A DNA stretch of 64,000 bases. Source: a virus. The notes below the pieces were generated by a model. That model did not search any database and was not told the origin of the DNA. It saw nothing but the letters and a program-made list of their open reading frames with translations. Positions 48,590-59,444 of the stretch are shown in pieces. The position numbers and the translations under genes are program-made. Location: positions 3,331 to 67,330 of IMG/VR virus record IMGVR_UViG_3300043410_001917. One strand, 5' to 3'. How positions within the stretch are numbered: the first letter of the stretch is position 1; every line of letters begins with the position of its first letter.

Positions 48590-49027
48590 ATGTCAAACAC
48601 ATCGATACAGTTAAAGAAATCAGGACAAACCGGAAATACACCATCAGGCCTTGCTTATGGTGAGGTTGCACTTAACTATGCCGATGGTAAACTGTATTAT
48701 AAAAACAGTCTTGGTGGAACATCATACATTTCCAACCAGTTTTCTTTTGACACAATCAACTCCAACAACTCCCTAATATTTGCGGGAAGTGGTTCAGATA
48801 CCTTATCTATTGCTGCTGGTGATAATATCACTATCAGCACCAATACGACCACAAAAACAATCACAATCAACGCATCGGTTGCTGGAGGAAGCGATCCAGG
48901 ACCTGCGTTTGACCGTGCAAATGCAGCCTATGTTCATGCAAATGCAGCATATGCCAAGGCAAATACCGGAACAACAGCACTAGATGTAAACTCCGAAATT
49001 ATTGCGTTTACTATAGCCATGAGTTAA
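48590..49027 (+). CDS. Fibre connector protein
   Basis: IQLKKS...P.GLAYGEVAL N-terminal domain; hydrophobic end IIAFTIAMS. Confidence 0.6.
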   Translation: MSNTSIQLKKSGQTGNTPSGLAYGEVALNYADGKLYYKNSLGGTSYISNQFSFDTINSNNSLIFAGSGSDTLSIAAGDNITISTNTTTKTITINASVAGGSDPGPAFDRANAAYVHANAAYAKANTGTTALDVNSEIIAFTIAMS

Positions 49028-49057
49028 CGAATAAATAAAAGGTAACGGGAAAATAAA

Positions 49058-49384
49058 ATGGCAAATACATTTAAAAATTATTCACAAGCAGGAGTTGGAA
49101 CATCAGCATCCACAATATATACAGCTGGTTCTGGTGTGACATCCACAGTAATTGGTATGACAATTGCTAACATATTAAACACAACAATAACAGCAAACGT
49201 TATTGTAAATACTGGCGGTTCAGATTTTTATATGGTGAAAATGGCAGAAATTGAACCAGGCAGCTCTTTGATTACAATAGGTGGAGACCAAAAATTAGTT
49301 TTAGAGGCAACAGATTCTATAAAGGTTTCAACAAGTAACGCTTCTGCGGCCGATGTTATTTTAAGTTTGTTGGAAATAACATAA
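49058..49384 (+). CDS. Small beta-rich adaptor-like virion protein (paralog 1)
   Basis: MANTFKN...KLVLEATDSI...SLLEIT. Confidence 0.65.
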   Translation: MANTFKNYSQAGVGTSASTIYTAGSGVTSTVIGMTIANILNTTITANVIVNTGGSDFYMVKMAEIEPGSSLITIGGDQKLVLEATDSIKVSTSNASAADVILSLLEIT

Positions 49385-49385
49385 T

Positions 49386-52271
49386 ATGAAGTTCTCCTAC
49401 ATTGGCAACCAGAGTAATAGAGATGTAAGGTTGGCCGGTGGGTTTGCCAATGGAGCATTCACCACTGCCAACTCAGCAGCATCTTTTGCCAATGGTGCTT
49501 TTGTTCGTGCTAACAATTCACTTAATGTTAGTAGCGGCGGCACAATAACAGGTGACATTTCAGTAACAGGCAATATTATTGTTACTGGAGCAAACACATC
49601 TTTAGGTGAGATTAGTAACGTTCACATTTATGGTGGTAATACTGGTCAAGTATTAATTACTGATGAATTTGGAAATTTAAGTTTCATTGATTTTCCATCA
49701 ATTCAATCCACAGTATATACAGCAAACACAATATCATTAACAAATGGTGTATATGTTTCTGGTAATGTTGATAGCATCAAAACTTTAAATGATGGTGATT
49801 ATTATCAAATTACCGATGGAACAAATACTGGTCCCGCATGGATTATAACAACAACTTTTGAAGGTGTTTCAGCATTCAATAGGGTAGTCACAAACATAGA
49901 CTATACCGCATCTTCAGGACATACAATATATTTTCAAGTATATAACTATGACACAACAGCTTGGGATAATATTGGTTCTTATTCTGGCTCATCTGGTTAT
50001 ATACAATATGCACTTGCAGTATTAAACTACTCGTCATACATCAACACATCTAGTGGTGGAACCGTTCAGGTTCGTTTGTATCATTCAAACACAGGTAATG
50101 CAGGTCACACAACAAAATTAGACTATCTTGCTTTAGAGTTTGGAACAACAGGTCAACAAGGACCTAGAGGACCAACCGGACCAACTGGCGCAACTGGTTC
50201 TGGTATTAATCCTGGTGGAACAGCAGGTCAAATATTATTAAAAAATAGTTCGACAAACTATGATACTTCATGGTCAAATAATTTAATTGATGCATGGAAC
50301 ACTGCTAATGCAGCCTTTACAGCTGCAAACACCTCATCAGGAACTTATGCAGCTTCTGCTTTCGACCAAGCCAACACAGCGGCATCGTTTGCTAATGGTG
50401 CTTTTGACCAAGCCAACTCAGCAGCATCTTTTGCCAATGGTGCGTTCTTAAGAGCCAACGCATCTTACACCGCACAAAATACCACAGCTTCATTTGCAAA
50501 TGGTGCTTTTGTAACAGCCAACTCAGCTGGTTCATTTGCTAATGGTGCCTTTGTAACAGCCAACTCAGCTGGTTCATTTGCTAATGGTGCCTTTGTAACA
50601 GCCAATTCGGCAGCTAGTTTTGCAAATGGTGCCTTTGTAACAGCCAATTCGGCAGCATTATTTGCCAATGGTGCTTTTGACAAAGCCAATTCAGCTGGTT
50701 CATTTGCTAATGGTGCATTTAGTAGAGCTAATAGTGCGTATTCTCAAGCAAACTCAGCAGCTTCATTTGCAAATGGTGCTTTTGTAACAGCCAACTCAGC
50801 AGCAGATTTTGCAAATGGTGCTTTCACATCTGCAAATTTAAAATTTAATAGTAGTGGTGGTACAATTTCTGGTGATGTAAACATCACTGGTAACTTATCA
50901 ATCACAGGAAACACATTCAGCACCAGCGCAACACAAATTGTTGCTAATGATACTCTGTTCATCATGGGAACAGGAAATTATTCTGGTGATGTTCTTGATA
51001 TAGGTTTTGCAGCTCACTATAATAATGGCACTAATGCACACACAGGTCTAATAAGAGATTCCGGCACCAAAGAATGGCAGTTGTTTGAGGAATATACACC
51101 TGAAGTTGGTGCAAACAACAATATTATCATTACTGATAGTTCCTTTAAAATTGCTACACTAAATGCAAATTTAAAGTCAACTACAATAACAATTAAAAAT
51201 ATTGACTTATTGCCATATGTAAACAATGCATATGATAAAGCAAATTCTGGTGCATCTTTTGCCAACGGTGCATTTTTAGTTGCAAACTCAGCAGCATCTT
51301 TTGCCAATGGTGCCTTTGGCCAAGCCAATTCGGCAGCTTCATTTGCAAATGGTGCTTTTGTAACAGCCAACTCAGCTGGTTCATTTGCTAATGGTGCATT
51401 TTTAGTTGCAAACTCAGCAGCTAGTTTTGCTAATGGTGCCTTTGTAACAGCCAATGCATCTTATACAGCACAAAATACAACCGCTGGATTTGCTAACGGT
51501 GCTTTCGTTACAGCCAATTCAGCAGCTAGTTTTGCTAATGGTGCCTTTACAACTGGTAATAGTGCCGCTTCATTTGCTAATGGTGCCTTTGTAACTGCTA
51601 ACTCAGCAGCTAGTTTTGCTAATGGTGCTTTCGATAGAGCCAATGCTGCATTTAATGCTGCAAATACAGGTGGTTCCAGCACGGATTCGTGGGCAAGGTC
51701 TCAGGCCAATGCTGCATTTAATGCTGCAAATACTGCTGTTTCCGCAAGTGGTTCACTAACTGGTTATGTTGATGTATTTACAGGTGATGGATCAACTTCA
51801 AATTTCTCTTTATCAACAACACCAAACAATGAAAATATTACGTTTGTTGCTGTGCAAGGTGTTTTGCAACCAAAAGCTTCCTACTCTTTATCCGGAAGCA
51901 CCCTAACATTTGATTCTGTAATACCAAATTCAGCATATATTGAAGTAACTACCTTATCTGGTGCCGGCGGCGGCAGTTCGATTTCTTGGTATATTGCAAA
52001 CGCAAATACAACAATGGTTGCAAGTCGTGGTTATTTTGTTGATACAACAGTTGGTCCATTGACAATGACTTTACCAGCTACAGCAACATTAGGAGATACA
52101 ATTAGAATAAATGATTTGGCAGGAACATTTAGTGCAAACAATTTAACTATTAATCGAAATTCACATAAAATTGAAGGCGCAACAAATGATTTGTTGGTGA
52201 ATGTGGACCAAACCAGTTTTGGACTAATATATAGTAATAGCACCTATGGATGGAAAGTAATAGAACTATAA
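49386..52271 (+). CDS. Tail fibre protein with a collagen-like stretch and two ANSA repeat tracts
   Basis: GQQGPRGPTGPTGATG; many ANSAxSFANGAFVT repeats; C-terminal YFVDT..TLPATATLGD..YGWK. Confidence 0.75.
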   Translation: MKFSYIGNQSNRDVRLAGGFANGAFTTANSAASFANGAFVRANNSLNVSSGGTITGDISVTGNIIVTGANTSLGEISNVHIYGGNTGQVLITDEFGNLSFIDFPSIQSTVYTANTISLTNGVYVSGNVDSIKTLNDGDYYQITDGTNTGPAWIITTTFEGVSAFNRVVTNIDYTASSGHTIYFQVYNYDTTAWDNIGSYSGSSGYIQYALAVLNYSSYINTSSGGTVQVRLYHSNTGNAGHTTKLDYLALEFGTTGQQGPRGPTGPTGATGSGINPGGTAGQILLKNSSTNYDTSWSNNLIDAWNTANAAFTAANTSSGTYAASAFDQANTAASFANGAFDQANSAASFANGAFLRANASYTAQNTTASFANGAFVTANSAGSFANGAFVTANSAGSFANGAFVTANSAASFANGAFVTANSAALFANGAFDKANSAGSFANGAFSRANSAYSQANSAASFANGAFVTANSAADFANGAFTSANLKFNSSGGTISGDVNITGNLSITGNTFSTSATQIVANDTLFIMGTGNYSGDVLDIGFAAHYNNGTNAHTGLIRDSGTKEWQLFEEYTPEVGANNNIIITDSSFKIATLNANLKSTTITIKNIDLLPYVNNAYDKANSGASFANGAFLVANSAASFANGAFGQANSAASFANGAFVTANSAGSFANGAFLVANSAASFANGAFVTANASYTAQNTTAGFANGAFVTANSAASFANGAFTTGNSAASFANGAFVTANSAASFANGAFDRANAAFNAANTGGSSTDSWARSQANAAFNAANTAVSASGSLTGYVDVFTGDGSTSNFSLSTTPNNENITFVAVQGVLQPKASYSLSGSTLTFDSVIPNSAYIEVTTLSGAGGGSSISWYIANANTTMVASRGYFVDTTVGPLTMTLPATATLGDTIRINDLAGTFSANNLTINRNSHKIEGATNDLLVNVDQTSFGLIYSNSTYGWKVIEL
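50290..51740 (+). repeat. Region containing two 42-bp (14-aa) ANSAxSFANGAFVT tandem tracts; related tracts lie in genes at 30521, 39561 and 58166
   Basis: GTAACAGCCAACTCAGCTGGTTCATTTGCTAATGGTGCCTTT occurs in tandem from 50511; 54 bp identical between 50499-50552 and 58541-58594. Confidence 0.9.
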
Positions 52272-55200
52272 TGACAACGACAAATTTAACAAATATAAGA
52301 GCAAATGCCTGGACAAATGTTGTAACCACAATTATTTCAACAACTGGTTCTTCTGGTGGTCCAAAAATTTCCAGCATTTCATATCCTGGAGATGATGCTG
52401 CGGCTGATGTAAATGGTGGACAAACAATCACATTAACCGGTTCAGGTTTTAATTCTGGTGCAAGCGTTATAATTAATGGAACTTATGCTGGTGTTGTTAC
52501 TGTTGTAAGTAGCACATCAATTACATTTACAGCTCCAGCACAAAGCGCAGGAACATATGCAATTTATGTTGTCAATACGGATGGCGGTACAGCAATTGCT
52601 GTTCCAGGAATAAGTTATAGTGGAACACCAACTTGGAGTAATACAGCCGGAAGCATAGCAACAGTATATGAAGCTTCAAGTATAAGTTCTCAATTAGGTG
52701 CAACAGGTGATGCGCCAGTAACATATAGTGTATATTCAGGAACATTACCTCCAGGAAGTTCTTTGAATACAACTACCGGATTAATATCAGGAACATCAGC
52801 AGCAACATCAAGTCCAACAACTTATAGTTTTACTGTTCGTGCAACCGATGCACAAAATCAAGATACAGACCGAGCATTTAGTATAACAGTTAATCCTGAT
52901 GTTGTCACATGGAGTTCACCTGCTGATAACTCAACCACCACAACATACGAATATGTTGCAATAACTCCAGTATCATTATCAGCAACAAGTGCAGCTGGTA
53001 AATCCATAACATATACAGCAAATGCATTGCCTACTGGTGTCACATTAAGTGGTTCAACAATTTCAGGAACACCAACAACGGTTGCAAATACAAATACACG
53101 TGTGACTGCTAACGCTGCGGCAACTTATAGAACAGCAACAAAAGATATTAATTTTGTGGTTAACCAAGACGTTGTTACGTGGAATAGTCCAGCAAACAAT
53201 ACAGTTTATTCAGTATATACTGATAGTGCTATAACACCCGTAACACTATCAGCAACAAGTGCGGCCGGATTTGGTGTAACATATGCAGCAAATACTTTAC
53301 CAACAGGTCTCACTTTAAGTAGTGGAGTAATTTCAGGAACACCAACAGTTGTTGGAAATACTGATACATTAATAACAGCTACAGCCGCAACAACAAATAG
53401 AACAAAAGTTGCCACATTTAGTTGGATTGTAACTGTTGGTGGTGATCCATATTTTAAAAATACAACACTATTATTGAGTGCTAATACTGATGTTATTTCA
53501 ACCCCACTTATTACTGATAAGAGTTTATTTAATGCACAAATGACCGTTTTTGGTGATTGTAGAGCAAGCAACTTTAATCCATACAGTGAAGGTTATTACA
53601 GCAATTATTTTGATGGTACTGGAGATTACATCACAGCACAATCAATAACCCTCGGAACAAACCCATTCACTATTGAGTTTTGGGCATATCCAACATCAAT
53701 ACCTACAAACGCTATTATATTTGGTACTGCAACAAACGGAGGCATACAACTACAAACTGATAGTGCAGGAAATATGTCGGTTGGAACATATGGGGTATCA
53801 AATACATTATCAACATCAGGAACTCCGTTTGTTACGAATAGATGGCTTCACATTGTGGTTGTGAGAAGCGGAACCGGCACTAACCAAACAAGCGTTTACT
53901 TCAATGGAGTTCGTTATGCTAATGGTACAGTATCCACAAACTATGTTGCGGGCACGGCAACCATTGGTGGGTTAGCGTCACAGACGTTTTTTGGGTATAT
54001 TAGCAATTTCAGATTAGTTGTCGGTACAGCACTGTATGACCCAACACAAACTACAATAACCGTACCAACATCACCATTGACCGCAGTTGCAAATACACAA
54101 CTATTAACTTGTTGTTCAAATAGATTTCTTGATAAATCAACTAATGCGACAACAATAACAGTTACAGGTAACGTAAGTGTTTCTCCAGAAATTCCATTTG
54201 CTGCGCCTAATAATAATTATGGTAGTATCTACTTTGACGGCACAGGTGATTATGTTATGGCTAACAGCAATCCAGCCTATGCGTTTGGTGCGGCTTCAGG
54301 AACAAGTAATGATTTTACTGCTGAATGCTGGGCTTATTTTACTGCTATACAATCAGCTCAAAGTCCAGGCTTAATGTCTGTTGCAAACTCAGCATCAAGC
54401 ACAGGTTGGCAAGTTTATTATGATCCTTCTTCTGGTTGGGGAGTCCGTTCTAATGCGGCTAACATATTCACAAATGCTAGTCCACCAGTTGTTGGCAGAT
54501 GGTATCACGTAGCATACGTTAGAGCCGGATCAACACATACATTGTATATTAATGGTGTTTCAATTGCAACAAGCACAACAGCTGCAACTTGGTCTGACCA
54601 AGTATTCTATTCTGGATACACACCAATTGGCCAAAACGTATATGGTTATGTCAGTGATGTAAGATTGGTGAAAGGTGTAGCAGTTTATACAGGCAACTTT
54701 ACTCCACCAACATCACCATTGGCCATTTCACAATCTTCAGGAACCAATATTGCTGCTGTTTCTGCGGGAAACACAAGTATATTATTATTCCAAAATAATG
54801 GAAGTCATAACAATAATCACATTAAAGATTCTGCAAATGCAATGACAATTATCACAAGAGCCGGTAATGTTCAAGCAGGAACATTTAGTCCTTATGGTGA
54901 TAATTGGAGTGTTTATTTTAATGGTTCTTCCGACTTTTTAACAGTTAGTGGAACAACAACACTTAACGTTGCTAGCACAGGTGCATATACAATCGAATCG
55001 TGGGTTTATCCAACTGGAAGTAGTTCATATAGTTGTATTGCCTCAAAGGATTGGTCTCCAGGAACTACATATGCATCATTCACAGTTTATCTTGATGCTT
55101 CAAGAAAAGTTAACTTTTCTGGCGGCAATGGAACAACAAGCGCAACCGGATCTTTTGGATTTACTGGTGTAAATGCAGTAGCATTAAACACTTGGTCACA

Positions 55201-58120
55201 TATTGCTGTTGTTGTAAGTGCTGGAACATGGAAAATTTATATCAATGGCCTATTAGATGCGACTGGTAGTATGGGAACGGGAGTTGTTGGTGTTAGCACA
55301 AATGCAATGATTGTTGGTGGGTCCAATAGCGGTGGTTCAGGAACAGCATATTTTATAGGTCATCTGTGTGATACAAGAATTACAAAATCTGCCATTTACA
55401 CAGCAAACACCTCAACAAGCACAACTCCATTATTAGCAGATACAAACACTCAAATATTAGTTTGTAATTCAAATAGATTTATTGACAAGAGTTATAATGC
55501 ATATGCATTAACCGCAACAGGTGCACCAAGAACTATAAAATTTAGTCCATATGCAACCATCAACTCATCATTACCAAAATATTATAGTTATGCTTTTGGT
55601 TCAACATCAAACTATTTGTCAGTAACACCTAAAGGAACAGTTTTTCCTTCATCTGGAAATAGTTGGACGGTTGAGGGTTGGTTTATGTTTAAATCATTTG
55701 CAGCTGTTTGTGGTTTAGCGACTGTTGGTGATTTATTAGAATTTAAAGTTACCAGCAGCACACAAATACAGGCAATTTATAGAAACACACCAGCTTCACC
55801 TGTATGGACAACATTTACTGGAACATATTCATTCAACACCTATACATGGTATCATATTGCATTGGTGAATAATAATGGTTCTCTACAAGTTTATGTGAAT
55901 GGTACATCAACAGGAACAGCAGCTGCTGTAGGTGCAATGGCCGATGGTGGAACCGGCGCAAATGCAATGTGGATTGGTGGAAATGACACCTTCGCTTTTG
56001 CATCTTTAGACCAAACACTCAACGGATATATCTCAAATTTCAGAACAGCAAATACTGCGGTATATACCGGAAACTTTACTGTTCCAACAACCCCATTGGC
56101 AATTACACAATCAGCTGGAACAAATATTTCTGCATTAACAGCTGGACAAGTTAAGTTATTAACTTGCCATGAGAACGTAATTTCAGATGGAACAAGCAAT
56201 AATATTGTTATAACATCTACTGCTAATACGGCATTACCGATTTCACCATTTACTGTGACAACAAATAGTGCGTCTTATAGTCCAACAACATTTGGTGGTA
56301 GCATATACTTTGATGGTACTGGAGATTATATAACAATACCAACAACAACTACGTCAGCTGCCACAAACCTTGGTGCTTCTGGTGATTTCACCATTGAGGC
56401 GTGGATTTATAACACATCAACAGCTGCTACATCTAAACTGATATTTGGTAATTGGAATGCTGGCTCAAACGGTGGTTATCAACTATACCTAAGAACAAAC
56501 AACAGATTGGTGTGGCAAGCGTATACACAAAACTCACCAGATTCTGCCACACTTGATGTTCCAGTAAATGCATGGACTCATGTGGCATGGGTTAGAATGA
56601 CTAACGTTGCCTACACTTATATTAATGGAGTTTTAAAAGACACTACAGCATTAACCAACAGTTGTGTTGGCCTTGCGTCAGCAGTATCTATGGGAGCACA
56701 AGACACTTCTTTGGCTTCTAATTATTTCCCAGGATATATCTCAGATTTACGTGTAACAAAGAAAGCATTATACACTTCTAATTTCTGGCCAGGTCCAACA
56801 CCATTAACAACTGTTGCGTATGCTAACAACAGAACTGATGCTTCAAATACATATACAGCATCTATGTTAATCTCTGGTGCATCTGGTGGTATGATTGATG
56901 CAACACAAAAAAATAACATTGAAACAATTGGTGATGTTCACACAGTTCCGTTTAGTCCTTATAGTGGAAATTATTATAGTAATTACTTTGATGGCACTGG
57001 TGATTATTTAACTTTCCCTAATAGTTCAAACTTTGCATTTGGCACAGGCGCATTTACAATTGAATTTTGGATTAATGGACCACTTAACAATGACAAACAC
57101 ATTGTAAATGGTCGTGCTGCTATTGGCACGATGCACATAACAACAGGCGGTTCTGCAAGCACAGCAGGCTCACTTCGTTATGTTGGTAGTAGCACAATTA
57201 CAACAGGAAGTGTATTGATAACAGACAATTTATGGCATCACTGTGCAATCGTTCGTGATGGTTCAAACAATGTGACATTATATGTTGATGGTGTCAGTCA
57301 AGGAACAGGAACAGACACAACAAACTACACATCAACCAGCGGCACTTGGTTTATAGCAAGTAACGATAGTTCCGTTGGTGGCGCCGGCACCAACACTCCA
57401 ACAGCATATATTTCTAATTTAAGAATTGTTAAAGGAACGGCCATCATACCTAGTGCAGGTGGACCAACAAGTCCATTAACCGCTGTTTCAGGAACAAGTT
57501 TGTTAACCTGTCAATCCAACAAACTTAAAGATAGTAGTGTGAACAATAATGTATTAACCAAAAACGGTGATGTGTCTGTCAAATCAACAAATCCATTCCG
57601 AGTTAATACTGGATTGAGTTATTGGTTTGATGGTGCCGGTGACCGATTGGCTATTCCATATAGCATAGCTTCACCTGCATTATTATCACAAGTAGGTGCG
57701 TTTACCTTTGAATGTTGGTTTATGATGACAACACAACCTGGTGTTAACACATATTTGTTAGGTAGAAATGCTGGCGGATTCTTTGGTATAGCTATCAACA
57801 CTTCAAATATTTTAATAGTTGATAAACAAGGTGTTGGAACACAAATTACAGGCACAACCACATTAAAACTTGGACAATGGTATCATATAGCAATGTCTTA
57901 TGATGGCACATATACTAGATTATTTTTAGATGGTGTGTTAGAAGGAACTGTTGCTGGCACAGGTGGTGATGGTAGTGCAGCCACAACAATTGCATATTAT
58001 GAAGCGCTTGGAACTTCAAGTTTTTATGGTTATATTTCTGATATAAGATTTACAAAATATGCACGATACTCATCAAACACAACATTTAGTGTTCCAACAT
58101 CACCAGTATTATTGCAATAA
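52271..58120 (+). CDS. Large adhesin-like protein: IPT/TIG and Ig-like domains plus multiple LamG/ConA-like lectin domains
   Basis: ITLTGSGF (TIG), LPxGxxL..G.ISGT (Ig); repeated YFDGTGDY..FTIE.W..WxHxA..YING..GYIS..R units; start probably 52271. Confidence 0.85.
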   Translation: MTTTNLTNIRANAWTNVVTTIISTTGSSGGPKISSISYPGDDAAADVNGGQTITLTGSGFNSGASVIINGTYAGVVTVVSSTSITFTAPAQSAGTYAIYVVNTDGGTAIAVPGISYSGTPTWSNTAGSIATVYEASSISSQLGATGDAPVTYSVYSGTLPPGSSLNTTTGLISGTSAATSSPTTYSFTVRATDAQNQDTDRAFSITVNPDVVTWSSPADNSTTTTYEYVAITPVSLSATSAAGKSITYTANALPTGVTLSGSTISGTPTTVANTNTRVTANAAATYRTATKDINFVVNQDVVTWNSPANNTVYSVYTDSAITPVTLSATSAAGFGVTYAANTLPTGLTLSSGVISGTPTVVGNTDTLITATAATTNRTKVATFSWIVTVGGDPYFKNTTLLLSANTDVISTPLITDKSLFNAQMTVFGDCRASNFNPYSEGYYSNYFDGTGDYITAQSITLGTNPFTIEFWAYPTSIPTNAIIFGTATNGGIQLQTDSAGNMSVGTYGVSNTLSTSGTPFVTNRWLHIVVVRSGTGTNQTSVYFNGVRYANGTVSTNYVAGTATIGGLASQTFFGYISNFRLVVGTALYDPTQTTITVPTSPLTAVANTQLLTCCSNRFLDKSTNATTITVTGNVSVSPEIPFAAPNNNYGSIYFDGTGDYVMANSNPAYAFGAASGTSNDFTAECWAYFTAIQSAQSPGLMSVANSASSTGWQVYYDPSSGWGVRSNAANIFTNASPPVVGRWYHVAYVRAGSTHTLYINGVSIATSTTAATWSDQVFYSGYTPIGQNVYGYVSDVRLVKGVAVYTGNFTPPTSPLAISQSSGTNIAAVSAGNTSILLFQNNGSHNNNHIKDSANAMTIITRAGNVQAGTFSPYGDNWSVYFNGSSDFLTVSGTTTLNVASTGAYTIESWVYPTGSSSYSCIASKDWSPGTTYASFTVYLDASRKVNFSGGNGTTSATGSFGFTGVNAVALNTWSHIAVVVSAGTWKIYINGLLDATGSMGTGVVGVSTNAMIVGGSNSGGSGTAYFIGHLCDTRITKSAIYTANTSTSTTPLLADTNTQILVCNSNRFIDKSYNAYALTATGAPRTIKFSPYATINSSLPKYYSYAFGSTSNYLSVTPKGTVFPSSGNSWTVEGWFMFKSFAAVCGLATVGDLLEFKVTSSTQIQAIYRNTPASPVWTTFTGTYSFNTYTWYHIALVNNNGSLQVYVNGTSTGTAAAVGAMADGGTGANAMWIGGNDTFAFASLDQTLNGYISNFRTANTAVYTGNFTVPTTPLAITQSAGTNISALTAGQVKLLTCHENVISDGTSNNIVITSTANTALPISPFTVTTNSASYSPTTFGGSIYFDGTGDYITIPTTTTSAATNLGASGDFTIEAWIYNTSTAATSKLIFGNWNAGSNGGYQLYLRTNNRLVWQAYTQNSPDSATLDVPVNAWTHVAWVRMTNVAYTYINGVLKDTTALTNSCVGLASAVSMGAQDTSLASNYFPGYISDLRVTKKALYTSNFWPGPTPLTTVAYANNRTDASNTYTASMLISGASGGMIDATQKNNIETIGDVHTVPFSPYSGNYYSNYFDGTGDYLTFPNSSNFAFGTGAFTIEFWINGPLNNDKHIVNGRAAIGTMHITTGGSASTAGSLRYVGSSTITTGSVLITDNLWHHCAIVRDGSNNVTLYVDGVSQGTGTDTTNYTSTSGTWFIASNDSSVGGAGTNTPTAYISNLRIVKGTAIIPSAGGPTSPLTAVSGTSLLTCQSNKLKDSSVNNNVLTKNGDVSVKSTNPFRVNTGLSYWFDGAGDRLAIPYSIASPALLSQVGAFTFECWFMMTTQPGVNTYLLGRNAGGFFGIAINTSNILIVDKQGVGTQITGTTTLKLGQWYHIAMSYDGTYTRLFLDGVLEGTVAGTGGDGSAATTIAYYEALGTSSFYGYISDIRFTKYARYSSNTTFSVPTSPVLLQ

Positions 58121-58165
58121 ATATGGAATTAAAACAAAATGGATCATATTGGGTAACTCAATAAA

Positions 58166-59443
58166 ATGTCTCTATTAAAAGTAAAACCATTCATCATAGA
58201 TGATGACACAGCAAGTTCTGCATATGCAGCGCAGAACACTACAGCTGTGTTTGCCAATTCTGCTTTCGATAGAGCTAATGCAGCATACTCACAAGCAAAT
58301 ACTGGTGCACCGGATGGTTGGGCAAGAACACAAGCCAACAATGCATATAATACAGCCAATTCTGCTGGTTCATTTGCTAATGGTGCCTTTGACCGTGCAA
58401 ATGCTGCATATGCAGCTGCAAACAATGCGACAGATACATGGGTAAGAAACCAAGCCAATACGGCTTATGATACAGCAAATTCATCTGGTGTATTTGCTAA
58501 CGGTGCTTTTGTAACAGCCAATTCAGCAGCATCATTTGCTAATGGTGCTTTTGTAACAGCCAACTCAGCTGGTTCATTTGCTAATGGTGCCTTTATTACC
58601 GCAAACACAGCATATGGGTGGGGTAACCATGCATCAGTTGGTTATGCAACGACAACTTATGTTGGAACAGAAATTGCCAATCTTGTTAATTCTGCACCAT
58701 CAACATTAGACACATTAAATGAATTAGCAGCTGCATTAGGTAACGATGCTAATTTCAGCACAACAATTACCACAACTCTTGGCATCACAAATTCATTTGC
58801 TAATGGTGCTTTCTTAAGAGCTAATGCATCTTATATTGCTCAAAATACCACAGCATCTTTTGCAAATGGTTCATTTGATAAAGCCAATTCTGCTGGTTCA
58901 TTTGCCAATGGTGCATTTTTAGTTGCAAATTCTTCCGCATCATTTGCTAACGGTGCATTTATAACGTCCAATTCAGCAGCATCATTCGCTAATGGTGCGT
59001 TTGTTACAGCAAATTCATCATCAGATTTTGCCAATGGTGCTTTTGCTCGAGCAAACGCAGCTTATGCACAAGCAAATACTGGAGGTGGTGGTAGTGGTAT
59101 AACGTATACTGCATCTAATACAGCACCATCGACACCGCATGTTGGTGACCAATGGTATTTGATTGCAACAGATATTCTTTATGAATATATAAATGATGGA
59201 ACAAGTAATGTTTGGGTTGATACAACTTCACCAACATTAACAAATAACAGCACACTTAGTATTACAGATGATTGGGTAAGAATTAAAGCCAATTCATCAT
59301 ATGACGCAGCTAATAGTGGTGCATCTTTTGCAAATGCGGCTTTCACACGAGCCAACTCAGCATATGCTGCGGCAAATTCAGCAGCATCTTCTGGATTAAC
59401 TACAGGAAAAGCTATTGCAATGGCAATAGTATTTGGAGGATAA
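58166..59443 (+). CDS. Fibre protein with ANSA repeats
   Basis: APSTLDTLNELAAALGND fibre motif; ends GKAIAMAIVFGG. Confidence 0.75.
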   Translation: MSLLKVKPFIIDDDTASSAYAAQNTTAVFANSAFDRANAAYSQANTGAPDGWARTQANNAYNTANSAGSFANGAFDRANAAYAAANNATDTWVRNQANTAYDTANSSGVFANGAFVTANSAASFANGAFVTANSAGSFANGAFITANTAYGWGNHASVGYATTTYVGTEIANLVNSAPSTLDTLNELAAALGNDANFSTTITTTLGITNSFANGAFLRANASYIAQNTTASFANGSFDKANSAGSFANGAFLVANSSASFANGAFITSNSAASFANGAFVTANSSSDFANGAFARANAAYAQANTGGGGSGITYTASNTAPSTPHVGDQWYLIATDILYEYINDGTSNVWVDTTSPTLTNNSTLSITDDWVRIKANSSYDAANSGASFANAAFTRANSAYAAANSAASSGLTTGKAIAMAIVFGG

Positions 59444-59444
59444 A

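Noticed and set aside
58123-58164. 13-codon ORF MELKQNGSYWVTQ between fibre genes
   Set aside because: Too short, no SD and no recognisable similarity; cannot be supported.
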